64,000 bases of DNA from Candidatus Heimdallarchaeota archaeon (GTDB taxonomy: Archaea > Asgardarchaeota > Heimdallarchaeia > JABLTI01): the NCBI GenBank assembly GCA_018238155.1, contig JABCTZ010000026.1, positions 128,001-192,000 of the forward strand, in the 5' to 3' direction. Numbering within the stretch: position 1 is the stretch's first letter; each line of letters starts with the position of its first letter. Below the pieces are notes generated by a model. It worked only from the letters and a program-made list of their open reading frames with translations. It ran no database searches and was not told where the DNA came from. The position numbers were made by a program, and so were the translations under genes. Positions 1 through 9,456 of this stretch are shown here, piece after piece.

Positions 1-35
1 GTAGCTAATACTATCTTATAACTAGGTGAAAATAA

Positions 36-524
36 TTGAAAAAATTAGTCGTTTATTATTCATTTGAAGGTGACACTAAACTCATTGGAGATGCTATTGC
101 AGAAGAAATTGGTGCAGATGTTTTAGAACTCAAATTATTAAAAGAAGTTAAGAAAAAAGAATATATGAAAAATTACCTCGGAGAAAAACAAGTTCTAATG
201 AAAACTAAGCCAATTTTATTACCATTTGATATTAAGCCACAAGATTACGATCTAATAATTATTGGCACGCCGATTTGGTCTGGGACATTTGCTCCAGCAA
301 TTCGAACATTCTTCACTGAAGAGAAATTTAGCGATAAAAAGATAGGATTGTACTATTGTTTTACTGTTAAAGCGGGACTGATATCAGAACATCTAAAGAA
401 AGAATTAAAAAACAATATCATTTTAGATGAAATCGGTTTTAAAGATCCAAAAAAAATTAATCCTGAAAAGGGAATTGAAAGAGCTAAGAAATGGGCTAAC
501 AACTTATTAGATAACATTCAATAA
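36..524 (+). CDS. Flavodoxin (short-chain, Flavodoxin_4-like)
   Basis: N-terminal LVVYYSFEGDT FMN-binding loop; YDLIIIGTPIW motif; TTG start after GGTGA SD. Confidence 0.85.
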   Translation: MKKLVVYYSFEGDTKLIGDAIAEEIGADVLELKLLKEVKKKEYMKNYLGEKQVLMKTKPILLPFDIKPQDYDLIIIGTPIWSGTFAPAIRTFFTEEKFSDKKIGLYYCFTVKAGLISEHLKKELKNNIILDEIGFKDPKKINPEKGIERAKKWANNLLDNIQ

Positions 525-624
525 ACATTTAAACATTGAAATCGGTTCTAGTGCTATTATTATTGAAATGAAAATAATAAAACAAATTCCAATTTGAAGG
601 GCAGCATATTATTGGTGGATATCT

Positions 625-1965
625 ATGAACAAATCAGAGTCTAAACACGATGATAGTATAAACAAGATGAATGATAAGGATGAAGTACCTCTGAAAATAA
701 CCAAATACAAAGTTGACACTTCAGGAAAATTGTTTTCTTTCATTTCTTCACCAAAAATTCCTTGTGTCTATCGATTTTGGGCTACTTTGAAGGATAATAT
801 CAATGTCATTGATTTACAAAAAGCAGTCAATAATGTAATGAAACGCTTTCCTTATTATCATGTTACTCTTAAGAAGGGATTTTCTTGGTACTATTGGAAA
901 AGTACAACAAAGAAAGTACAGGTTTCAATGGAAGGGGAATATCCTTGTCAGTACATACCCATTCGTGAACCAAACACTATTCCATTTAGAGTAATAGCTA
1001 AGAATAATCAAATAATAGTTGAATTTAATCATAGCTTGACTGACGGCACAGGTGCTTTGACTTTTCTAAAATCATTAATAGCAGAATATTATCAAATCCG
1101 AGGGCTATCTTTAACAGATTGGGAAGGAATTTTTAGAGCAGATAAAAAACCAGAAAAAATGGAGACAGAATATTCTGTTCGAAAACACTTTAGATTAGGA
1201 ATACCAAAAGTAGGCAAATTATTCAAGGCATTTCACCTTCCATTCCATAGGGTTAATCATGGAATCTTCTATGTCACAAATGGAAAAATGAATGCTAAGG
1301 ATGTTCTAAAAGTCTCAAAACAATTTGGTGTGACTCTAACTGAGTTTATTGCAGCAGTCTATATTGATGTTTTACAAGATATCCTCCTCAGCTTGCCAAA
1401 AAAACAACAAAAGAAGCTGAAACGACCTATTCGAATAATGGTACCAATTAATATTCGAAATCACTTGCCTTCAAAAACAATGTGGAATTTCACCGCTTTT
1501 GTTGTTCCCGGAATTGATCCTCGATTAGGTGATTTCACACTTCAGGAAATTATTGATCAAGTTCATCATTCCAAAAATTTGCATGCAAATAAGAAATTCA
1601 TTGTACAACAGATATCTTCGTATATGGCCATTGAAGGAAACGTAGGACTCTTTTCTCCACGATTCATCAAAAAATGGATTCTAAGACTTATTTATCGAAA
1701 TTTAGGTGAAAATGTTTTTTCAGCATTTATGACAAATCTAGGCATTACTTCACTTCCTCCGCCATTAAACAAAGAAGTAAAGAGTATTCAACTTCTTCCT
1801 ATGAATCATCCATATGTTAAATCAAGTTGTTCATTATTAACTTATAACAATGAACTCAACATTAATTTTGGAAGATGTTTCGTGGAAAGCATTGTTGAAG
1901 ATAAATTCTTTGCCAAATTACAAGAATTTGGTATCAAGGTAAAAGTTACAAAAACGAATAGTTGA
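625..1965 (+). CDS. CoA-dependent acyltransferase (alcohol acetyltransferase/condensation-domain, CAT fold)
   Basis: HxxxDG motif FNHSLTDGTG; PINIR motif; C-terminal TNLG motif. Confidence 0.75.
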   Translation: MNKSESKHDDSINKMNDKDEVPLKITKYKVDTSGKLFSFISSPKIPCVYRFWATLKDNINVIDLQKAVNNVMKRFPYYHVTLKKGFSWYYWKSTTKKVQVSMEGEYPCQYIPIREPNTIPFRVIAKNNQIIVEFNHSLTDGTGALTFLKSLIAEYYQIRGLSLTDWEGIFRADKKPEKMETEYSVRKHFRLGIPKVGKLFKAFHLPFHRVNHGIFYVTNGKMNAKDVLKVSKQFGVTLTEFIAAVYIDVLQDILLSLPKKQQKKLKRPIRIMVPINIRNHLPSKTMWNFTAFVVPGIDPRLGDFTLQEIIDQVHHSKNLHANKKFIVQQISSYMAIEGNVGLFSPRFIKKWILRLIYRNLGENVFSAFMTNLGITSLPPPLNKEVKSIQLLPMNHPYVKSSCSLLTYNNELNINFGRCFVESIVEDKFFAKLQEFGIKVKVTKTNS

Positions 1966-1970
1966 TGAAA

Positions 1971-2942
1971 TTAATCATTATGAATAATTTCACCAATACT
2001 TTTGAGAACTGCAACTGATTTCTCATCAGTGAGAACCTTGGGTGTTGTATCAACTAATTTTTCAGGTATTTTTTCTAATAATTTGAATTTCAATTTATGA
2101 ATAAAAATTTCAAACAAATAGATTAGTGCAATCCATTCGATATAAAACATAATAACAATATATACTAATGCACCTAGGAAAGCGACTTGTCCAGTGCTTT
2201 GAATTATAGCAATGATGAATGTTATAAATGTAACAAGAGCTAATGAATATGCTGATCCTGTTAAGAGACTCACAAAATAAGTTGAAGGACCCTGGATGTC
2301 TGGGAGTTTTCTTTCACCTTCAGAGCGTTTACGAATAGAAATAATGCCAGCATCATCTAACAACCAAAGGGGAGTTACAACAATAACAGTAATAGGTGAA
2401 AACATAATCGCATAGAGGAATAATAATAAAACAGATACGGTATCTCCAACTGTTTCTCCAAAAAACCAATTACTGAACCAATAACCTATAGAGAAACTCA
2501 ATAAAAAGGGAACAATAGCTCTTCCTAGTACTTCTGGAAATTCAATCAAAGTAGCATCCATTGAAATTAAACTGTATTTGTATTTGCCGAATTTTGCTGC
2601 TTTGTGCAGATAAATATAGAATATGGACAAAAATCTTACGAATAGAATAGATAAGAGTAAAAACAGAAAAGGAAATGTCCAAAAAATAATTATTTCCACA
2701 ATAAAATTGCCTGGAAACCATGAAAGAGCTCCTGTTCTAGCTCCACCATCTTTTTTAATATATAATTCATTAAACACAAAAGCAAAGGTGAGCGATATTA
2801 AAAAAGAAAAGGCTACAAGTACAATACCTATTATCGTGGTCATTTTTCGAGGATCATTTCTTATAACTTCAGGTATTGCAGGTAAATCTGGTAAATCATT
2901 AACAAGATCATTTTCAGGTATTTCTTGAGACATAATAATCAA
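1971..2942 (-). CDS. Multi-pass membrane protein of unknown function
   Basis: About 6 hydrophobic segments; PLWLLDDAGI loop motif. Confidence 0.6.
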   Translation of the reverse strand: MIIMSQEIPENDLVNDLPDLPAIPEVIRNDPRKMTTIIGIVLVAFSFLISLTFAFVFNELYIKKDGGARTGALSWFPGNFIVEIIIFWTFPFLFLLLSILFVRFLSIFYIYLHKAAKFGKYKYSLISMDATLIEFPEVLGRAIVPFLLSFSIGYWFSNWFFGETVGDTVSVLLLFLYAIMFSPITVIVVTPLWLLDDAGIISIRKRSEGERKLPDIQGPSTYFVSLLTGSAYSLALVTFITFIIAIIQSTGQVAFLGALVYIVIMFYIEWIALIYLFEIFIHKLKFKLLEKIPEKLVDTTPKVLTDEKSVAVLKSIGEIIHND

Positions 2943-3075
2943 GTTTATTTGATTTTAATGGTTTAAATGAATAACGCAAGTGGTATATTATACCAAATAC
3001 TCTCACCATCTTACAAAAAATTATAATGCTTAAAGAATGATAAAATATTAGAGCGCATTTATTGAGTGATAGCAA

Positions 3076-4605
3076 TTGAGTAAAGTGGAATTTAAACAAC
3101 TTAGTCCTGCGGATTTCTTCTACCGCAACAGGGAATTAGCTGGTTTTGACACGCCTATAAAAAGTCTCTATACAGCCTTCAGAGAAATATTGGAAAATTC
3201 TTTGGATGGCGCAGAAATAGGCGGTATAAATCCAGATATATTTATTGCAATTAGAAAACGAAGTGATGACGTTTACACGATTTTTATAAGTGATAACGGA
3301 ATAGGCATCCCAAGTAAAAAAGTGCCGGGTGCACTTGCGAAGCTTCTTTTTGGTGGGAAATATGTTGAAAGACAATCTCGAGGGCATTTTGGACTCGGAG
3401 CATCTATGACTGTTCTTTATTCTCAAATTACAACCAATCTGCCAACACGAGTATTAAGTTGTACGAGAGGGAGTAATGAAATTGATGAATATCACCTTAT
3501 GATCAATATCCAGCGAAATGAACCAATCATAAGGTATCACAAAAAATTACCCAACAAAAAGAAATGGCATGGCGTGACTGTTGAAGTCAATATTGAAGGA
3601 GATTATGCACGAGCGCATCCAAAAATCTTGGAATATGTTAAAGCAACAGCCATGGTTGCACCTTATGCAGATATAACATTCATTGATGCCTATGGTACTC
3701 TGTACAAATTCAATAAAGTAATCAACGAAGTCCCAAAACTAGGTGAACCTGTTTTACCACATCCAAGAGGTGTTGATACAGAAAAAATGCTTAGGTTGTT
3801 GAGAGTTGCAAGACAAAGATCAATGAACAAATTTCTCCAAAGTAATTTCCAACGAATAGGAGAAATTACAGCAAAAAATTTCTTGAAATATGTGGATATT
3901 AAATTAGATAAAGACCCGCAAAAATTAGAACACGATGAAATTGTCCGAATAGTTCAAGGAATGAATTCCTTTGAAGATTTTCTCAGCCCAGAAACGAAGT
4001 GTCTCTCTCCAATTGGAGAGGATGTTCTTACAAAAGGAATAGTGAAAGAACTGAAACCGGAATTTATTACAGCAATAACGAGAAGACCACAAGCATATTC
4101 AGGACATCCTTTCGTCATAGAAGTAGCTTTTGCTTATGGAGGAAAAACAATTGAGAAAAGCTCTGAACCGAACTTATTTAGATTTGCAAATAGAATACCT
4201 CTACTTTATGATCAATATGCAGATGTCTCAGCCAAAGTAATTCGAACATTCAACTGGCGAATGTACAAGGTACCAGACAATGCTCAATTAGCAATCATAA
4301 CTCATGTTGCTTCAACGAAAGTTCCTTACAGAACAGCAGGGAAGGAGTCTATTTCTGATCGAGATGAAATTGAACGTGAAGTAAGATTAGCGATGCAAGT
4401 TTGTGCAAGAAAACTTCGAGTGTATCTTTCGAGAATAGATCGAGAGCTAAGACAAGCACAACGAACAAGTATTTTTGAGAAATATGTACCGTACATTGCT
4501 CAATTTGCTACTAGACTCAGTGGAAAGAAGACTGTTCCCTCTACTGACTTTGTTTTAAGAGGAACAAAAGCGGAAAATCATAAAGTCAATTCAGGTGAGA
4601 AATGA
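3076..4605 (+). CDS. top6B: DNA topoisomerase VI subunit B
   Basis: GHKL motifs EILENSLD, DNGIGI, QSRGHFGLG; RFANRIPL transducer motif. Confidence 0.97.
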   Translation: MSKVEFKQLSPADFFYRNRELAGFDTPIKSLYTAFREILENSLDGAEIGGINPDIFIAIRKRSDDVYTIFISDNGIGIPSKKVPGALAKLLFGGKYVERQSRGHFGLGASMTVLYSQITTNLPTRVLSCTRGSNEIDEYHLMINIQRNEPIIRYHKKLPNKKKWHGVTVEVNIEGDYARAHPKILEYVKATAMVAPYADITFIDAYGTLYKFNKVINEVPKLGEPVLPHPRGVDTEKMLRLLRVARQRSMNKFLQSNFQRIGEITAKNFLKYVDIKLDKDPQKLEHDEIVRIVQGMNSFEDFLSPETKCLSPIGEDVLTKGIVKELKPEFITAITRRPQAYSGHPFVIEVAFAYGGKTIEKSSEPNLFRFANRIPLLYDQYADVSAKVIRTFNWRMYKVPDNAQLAIITHVASTKVPYRTAGKESISDRDEIEREVRLAMQVCARKLRVYLSRIDRELRQAQRTSIFEKYVPYIAQFATRLSGKKTVPSTDFVLRGTKAENHKVNSGEK

Positions 4606-5731
4606 AATGTCAAAACAAAAACCGGAAAATCATGCAGAAAAAATCAAGGAAAAATCATATGAAAAATTGGTTGCACTTGGAAATAAAATATACAAACAAC
4701 TCCAAGAAGAAAAATATCCTGAATTTGACATGCCATCAAGAACGAGCTCTAACATCTATTATGATGAGAAGACAAGGCAATTTTCACTCGGAAAAAAGAA
4801 AATTAAAAGATCATCAAGAAATGTTAGACATTTAAAACCATTTCTGCAAACAATGTTCGTAGCGATGTTCGCCGCACGAGACCTTTTAGAACCCGGAAGA
4901 ACAAGCACATTAAGAGATCTATATTATTCCTCTGAATCATCATTAGCAAAAATGTTCAAAAGCCAATCTGAATCTGATAACATTATTACAGATGTAGAAT
5001 CAATTATCGGAATGGCTCGAGAAGATTTCAATATTTTTCCAGATGCTCGAAGCACAATTTATGGTGATCTTACAATTTCTTTCAAAGATAAGAAAACAGG
5101 AAATAAACGAGAGATAAATCTCACATTTAACCCAGATGGACAGACAATAGGACCTACAATGGTTCGAAGCGATTTTGAAAAAACATCAGCAAAAAAAGTA
5201 ATCTGTATAGAATCTGGTGGTATGTTTCAAAGATTAATAGAGGAAGATGCTGACGAACAATTTGATGCTATCCTCGTTCACCTGGCAGGCCAAGCTCCTC
5301 GAGGAACTAGACGGATTATTAGAAGGTTAAATGAAGAACTCGGTTTACCTGTCTATGCTTTTGTTGACGGCGATCCATGGGGAATACACATTTACAACGT
5401 CATTGCGGCTGGTAGTGCAAGTGCAGCTCATCTTTCCGGTTTAACCACTCCGGATGCGATTTGGATGGGCTTAACAGCTACAGATATAACCAGATATGAG
5501 CTTCCAACAGATCAATTTTCAAAAGGAGACACAACACGCACTGTTCAATTACTTCGCGACCCCCGTTATCAGAAACCCTATCTCCAAGAAGAACTAAAGA
5601 AATTTCTGAAACTCAAACGAAAGGCAGAGCAGCAATCTCTCACTTCTAAGAGTCTTACTTTTGTTGTCGATGAATATTTGCCCGCAAAATTTAAGGAAAT
5701 TGAAAAGATGAAAAAGGAAGGAAAGTTATAA
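4595..5731 (+). CDS. top6A: DNA topoisomerase VI subunit A (Spo11 homolog); likely start ATG 4607
   Basis: Catalytic TLRDLYY; TOPRIM IESGG and VDGDPWG; KAEQQS; adjacent to top6B. Confidence 0.97.
   Translation: MRNEMSKQKPENHAEKIKEKSYEKLVALGNKIYKQLQEEKYPEFDMPSRTSSNIYYDEKTRQFSLGKKKIKRSSRNVRHLKPFLQTMFVAMFAARDLLEPGRTSTLRDLYYSSESSLAKMFKSQSESDNIITDVESIIGMAREDFNIFPDARSTIYGDLTISFKDKKTGNKREINLTFNPDGQTIGPTMVRSDFEKTSAKKVICIESGGMFQRLIEEDADEQFDAILVHLAGQAPRGTRRIIRRLNEELGLPVYAFVDGDPWGIHIYNVIAAGSASAAHLSGLTTPDAIWMGLTATDITRYELPTDQFSKGDTTRTVQLLRDPRYQKPYLQEELKKFLKLKRKAEQQSLTSKSLTFVVDEYLPAKFKEIEKMKKEGKL
5385..5731 (+). repeat. Left copy of direct repeat (3' end of intact top6A)
   Basis: Aligns to 12833-13176 at offset 7448; 18 mismatches in the first 277 bp by hand count. 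Confidence 0.95.
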
Positions 5732-5836
5732 CTAAGAAATCATTTCTTCCTTTTAATATTTAAAATACGATTAATATAGTAGTGAAAACAAAAAAACATA
5801 ATTTTAAATTATTTTTAGTTTCGGAACCTATGAAAG

Positions 5837-6853
5837 CTATTCAATAATAAATCTAACTTCATTACTCACATCAAGTTCATAAGGATCATAATACCTTTCT
5901 TCAGAATTGTCGAAAAATTGTTTTATTATTTTAATTGCTTCAATTGAGCTAATTTCAGCAAGAAAATTAAGAGCAACTTCAATGACTTTATAATGAATAT
6001 CACTTAATCGAGAAACATACACATCGAAGAATTCTTCTTTACCAATTTGCCATTAAGCTTCTAATGCTCGTATTCGATACTTGTAGTAATGTTCACGCTC
6101 AAAGATTTCTTTCCGCTCTATATGAAAAACCAAAACTAAATTTGCATAGTTTTTCACCAGTGGAATTGCTTCTCTAATATTTACTTGTCCAATAATTGGC
6201 AGATAGTATTCAATTTCATAAACATCAATTGGAAATTCACTCTTGCTTGCTTTTTCGTAGAAAGTATTTAATTCATCTAAGATTAATGATATAAAATCCT
6301 GAATCTCAGATGCTTGAATATCTCCTTCCTTGATTTTCTTTGCTATAATTTCCAAAACATCAGGTATTTTATAATCTTTACCAATATCATACCATTCATC
6401 TAAAGTATAAGATAGTATTTTACCCCATAAATTTTTATCTTCTAGTTTTGCCATTACTTTCTCAGTTGTGATTTCCTCCCAATTATCGAATAAATCATCA
6501 TAGGGAACCTTCGTCTTTAATTTCCCTTTTGTTTTTTTGAATGTAGATACAATACATATTATTTCAAATACAAAATGAAAAATGAAGTAAAACATGCTCA
6601 TATAGAAACCGAAGGTAAATCTAACTTTGGGTATATATTCTGCTTGCATAAAGCTATATGGTTGAACAATAGTATACTTGAAAACACCAAAATAAGCTAA
6701 TCCAATTATTCCTAATATCCCACCGATTATTGAAATGATTGCTCCAATTAATAGACTTATTCTAATGTTATTTATTAATGACTTAATCATTATAAAGTTA
6801 ATTTTTTTTGCTTTTCTTAAATTTAGTTGCAATGAATATGCTGGAAATAGCAA
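5837..6853 (-). pseudogene. Membrane-anchored HEAT-repeat-like protein interrupted by nonsense codons
   Basis: ORFs 6053-6853 and 5837-6022 are in frame, separated by TAA plus 10 codons, reading RIRALEA*WQIGKEEFFDV (HEAT-like RxxALxALxxIG). Confidence 0.6.
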
Positions 6854-8666
6854 GTATTGAAAATGTTATTATCCAAGAAAATCCTGAATTATTTTCTGTT
6901 GTACTTGTAGAATAACCCGCTTTTGTGACATACTCTTTTGCCTTAATAATATTATGACTATATCTTACGATATTAGGATTCTTCCAAATCCCCATGTTAG
7001 GAAATATTGGGTAATCATTAATGAATAAACTACCATTATAAACGATATTATTGATTTCATCTCGATTAATAGCAAAGGATACTGCTTTTCTAATAGCCAA
7101 TCCAATTGAAATTGAAGGATCATTTATGCATGGTAATCTGTTACCAAAAATAGGTCTCATTTCATGTAGATTATAACCCAAGAGACTCAGACTAGTCTCA
7201 ATCTTCCTTTGAACACTATAATTCGGATTTAATTGATATTGATTAATATCATGATAATTTGTGATTAAATTTAATATGTCAATATAGCCATTATTAAATT
7301 GCTCAGTAGCAGTCTCAACATTTTTTATTATTCTTATACTTAATTGACTTAAATCCCAATTAGCTCCGAATCTATTAACAAAATCCATTCCAGATTTATT
7401 TATTGTTTCATTCATTAACCAGCTGCTATTAAAATTAATAAGTTTAATTTCACTATTGGGAATTATATTATTAATCATTAAACTACTTGTTCCAAAACAG
7501 TTATCTGAGAATTTCCCCCAAGAACTATCATTAATGTTAGGAGTAACACCATCAGCTATTTGTGTTTGATTTAAATAATGTTCAGGAAGAATATTTTGAG
7601 TAAGTGTTGATAGGAATTCTGGATACAGATTATTTTCAACAGTGGTTGAGTCGCCATCAATGAAAAAATCAATGATATGTTCATCAATAATTGACATTTC
7701 TTCAATCCATGAGTAATCCTCTGAATTTGTTGCTAGATTTTTCCAGCAATAATAAGTGAAGAAAACATCTTCAGCAGTTAAATATTCATTAGTATAAATC
7801 CCATCTGGATCTTGTTGCCATTTAATTCCTTCGCGTAGATGAAATCTTATATGTGTGTCATTTATGTATTCCCAATTTAATGCTAGATGAGACCAAACAT
7901 TTCGATAGTCATCATAAAATATGAGTGGGTCCATAGTCAATTCATTTACAAAGGCTGAAGTAGAATCATATGAGAATAAAGGGTTAAAATCAGTCCAATT
8001 AGGAGAATTTATTATTAATTCATCAGTTGAATTTTGGTTTGGGTGTAAAGATGTCCATTTCATTTTACCCCAAGATTGCTTAATCCCTTCTGTGATATTA
8101 TAACCTGAAAGTGTTGACCAAATTGCTTCATTGAACCATGTTCCAAATGTGTACAATGCAGGATTTATTTCATCCATTAAATATTGTTGCCAATTCCAAT
8201 AATGTTGAATTCGTTCATTTGAGTTAGGTGGCATTAATATTTTTCCACAATCTAAATACCATTGGTTCATGCCCTTATCATATGTAGAACTATAATCTAA
8301 TGTAGAATCATAGGAAAAAATATTGAGTTCACCATTTTCTCCATAAACATTCGAAAAATCTGGATCATTTCCCGAACCAGCAAGATTAAAATAGCATATA
8401 TCAAAATTTTTAAAAAACAATATTTCATTTATGAAATCTGACCAACTTAAGAATTCTGCCTCTATATTTATACCAATTTTCTGAAGCTGGATCTTAATCA
8501 AATCTGCTATTTCTCTTTGAGAATCAAAATCTCTCATCTTCAATGTAAGTGTAAAAAAAGCATCAGAAGTAGCTGCATCTAAAGTTAAATTTTGATAAGG
8601 TGATAAAAAAAGTATCATGTATAAAATAAAAATGATATAATTTTTACCCTTGAATAACCTTCTCAT
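6798..8666 (-). CDS. ABC transporter substrate-binding protein family 5 (OppA/DppA-like), circularly permuted, with C-terminal membrane anchor
   Basis: IADLIKIQLQKIGINI, FHLREGIKWQ, TAEDVFFTY, IRKAVSFAINRDEI motifs; signal peptide; SGF-TM-basic tail. Confidence 0.85.
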   Translation of the reverse strand: MRRLFKGKNYIIFILYMILFLSPYQNLTLDAATSDAFFTLTLKMRDFDSQREIADLIKIQLQKIGINIEAEFLSWSDFINEILFFKNFDICYFNLAGSGNDPDFSNVYGENGELNIFSYDSTLDYSSTYDKGMNQWYLDCGKILMPPNSNERIQHYWNWQQYLMDEINPALYTFGTWFNEAIWSTLSGYNITEGIKQSWGKMKWTSLHPNQNSTDELIINSPNWTDFNPLFSYDSTSAFVNELTMDPLIFYDDYRNVWSHLALNWEYINDTHIRFHLREGIKWQQDPDGIYTNEYLTAEDVFFTYYCWKNLATNSEDYSWIEEMSIIDEHIIDFFIDGDSTTVENNLYPEFLSTLTQNILPEHYLNQTQIADGVTPNINDSSWGKFSDNCFGTSSLMINNIIPNSEIKLINFNSSWLMNETINKSGMDFVNRFGANWDLSQLSIRIIKNVETATEQFNNGYIDILNLITNYHDINQYQLNPNYSVQRKIETSLSLLGYNLHEMRPIFGNRLPCINDPSISIGLAIRKAVSFAINRDEINNIVYNGSLFINDYPIFPNMGIWKNPNIVRYSHNIIKAKEYVTKAGYSTSTTENNSGFSWIITFSILAISSIFIATKFKKSKKN

Positions 8667-8876
8667 TTTCTCACCCAGATGATATATTCATCTTTAGATA
8701 TTTAAATTTATACCTTTTTAAAAATCTTATTCAGAGGATACAAGTAAAATAATAACGATTAAACATTATCTGAAAAAGTTAAATGTAAGTCATTGGATTA
8801 GTAAAAACAATGATAATTGTAGATTTTTACGGAAAATACTACAAGCAATGTAATTCGATTAATAATAAATTATCAT

Positions 8877-9302
8877 ATGGATGTTAAATTGATGAGTATG
8901 TTGAAAAAAACACAATTAATGAAGAAAACAATCATATTTGTATTTTTAATAGGGTTATTAGTTGGCTTTATCACAATAATGCATGTTAAAGCGAGTGCTC
9001 CACGAGAATATCATGGGTATGTATTTGATCGAAATACACATAATGCATTACAAAATGTTCATGTGACATTATGGGTGACAGTTTTTCCTGATCCAACTCA
9101 TGGATCAATCAAAGATTCTGATTATACAAATAGTATAGGATATTATTATGTTGATTGGGAACCTTGGTTGGGAGGCAATAATTACTATTCAGTCTTTATT
9201 CATTATGAAAAAAGTGGATATATGTCTAGATGGATCGAACTTGAATACCCTGAGCATCTTGGAGGATTATTACCTGCAATGTATTTAAGAGCCTATTATT
9301 AA
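8877..9302 (+). CDS. Small secreted protein with carboxypeptidase-regulatory/transthyretin-like beta-sandwich
   Basis: Signal peptide ending VKASA; GYVFDRNT..LQNVHVTL..TNSIGYY..EKSGY pattern. Confidence 0.55.
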   Translation: MDVKLMSMLKKTQLMKKTIIFVFLIGLLVGFITIMHVKASAPREYHGYVFDRNTHNALQNVHVTLWVTVFPDPTHGSIKDSDYTNSIGYYYVDWEPWLGGNNYYSVFIHYEKSGYMSRWIELEYPEHLGGLLPAMYLRAYY

Positions 9303-9456
9303 ATCAAATAGGCATATTTCTTTTTTTCTTTCAAACATTAATTTCATTTGAAAAACCAATAATATATATTGATCTAAGGATACTGAACTTTAGCTTTAAA
9401 TTGTTAGTAGATAATATAGAAATGTTATAAAGTAACTATAGTTATAATAAATACTC

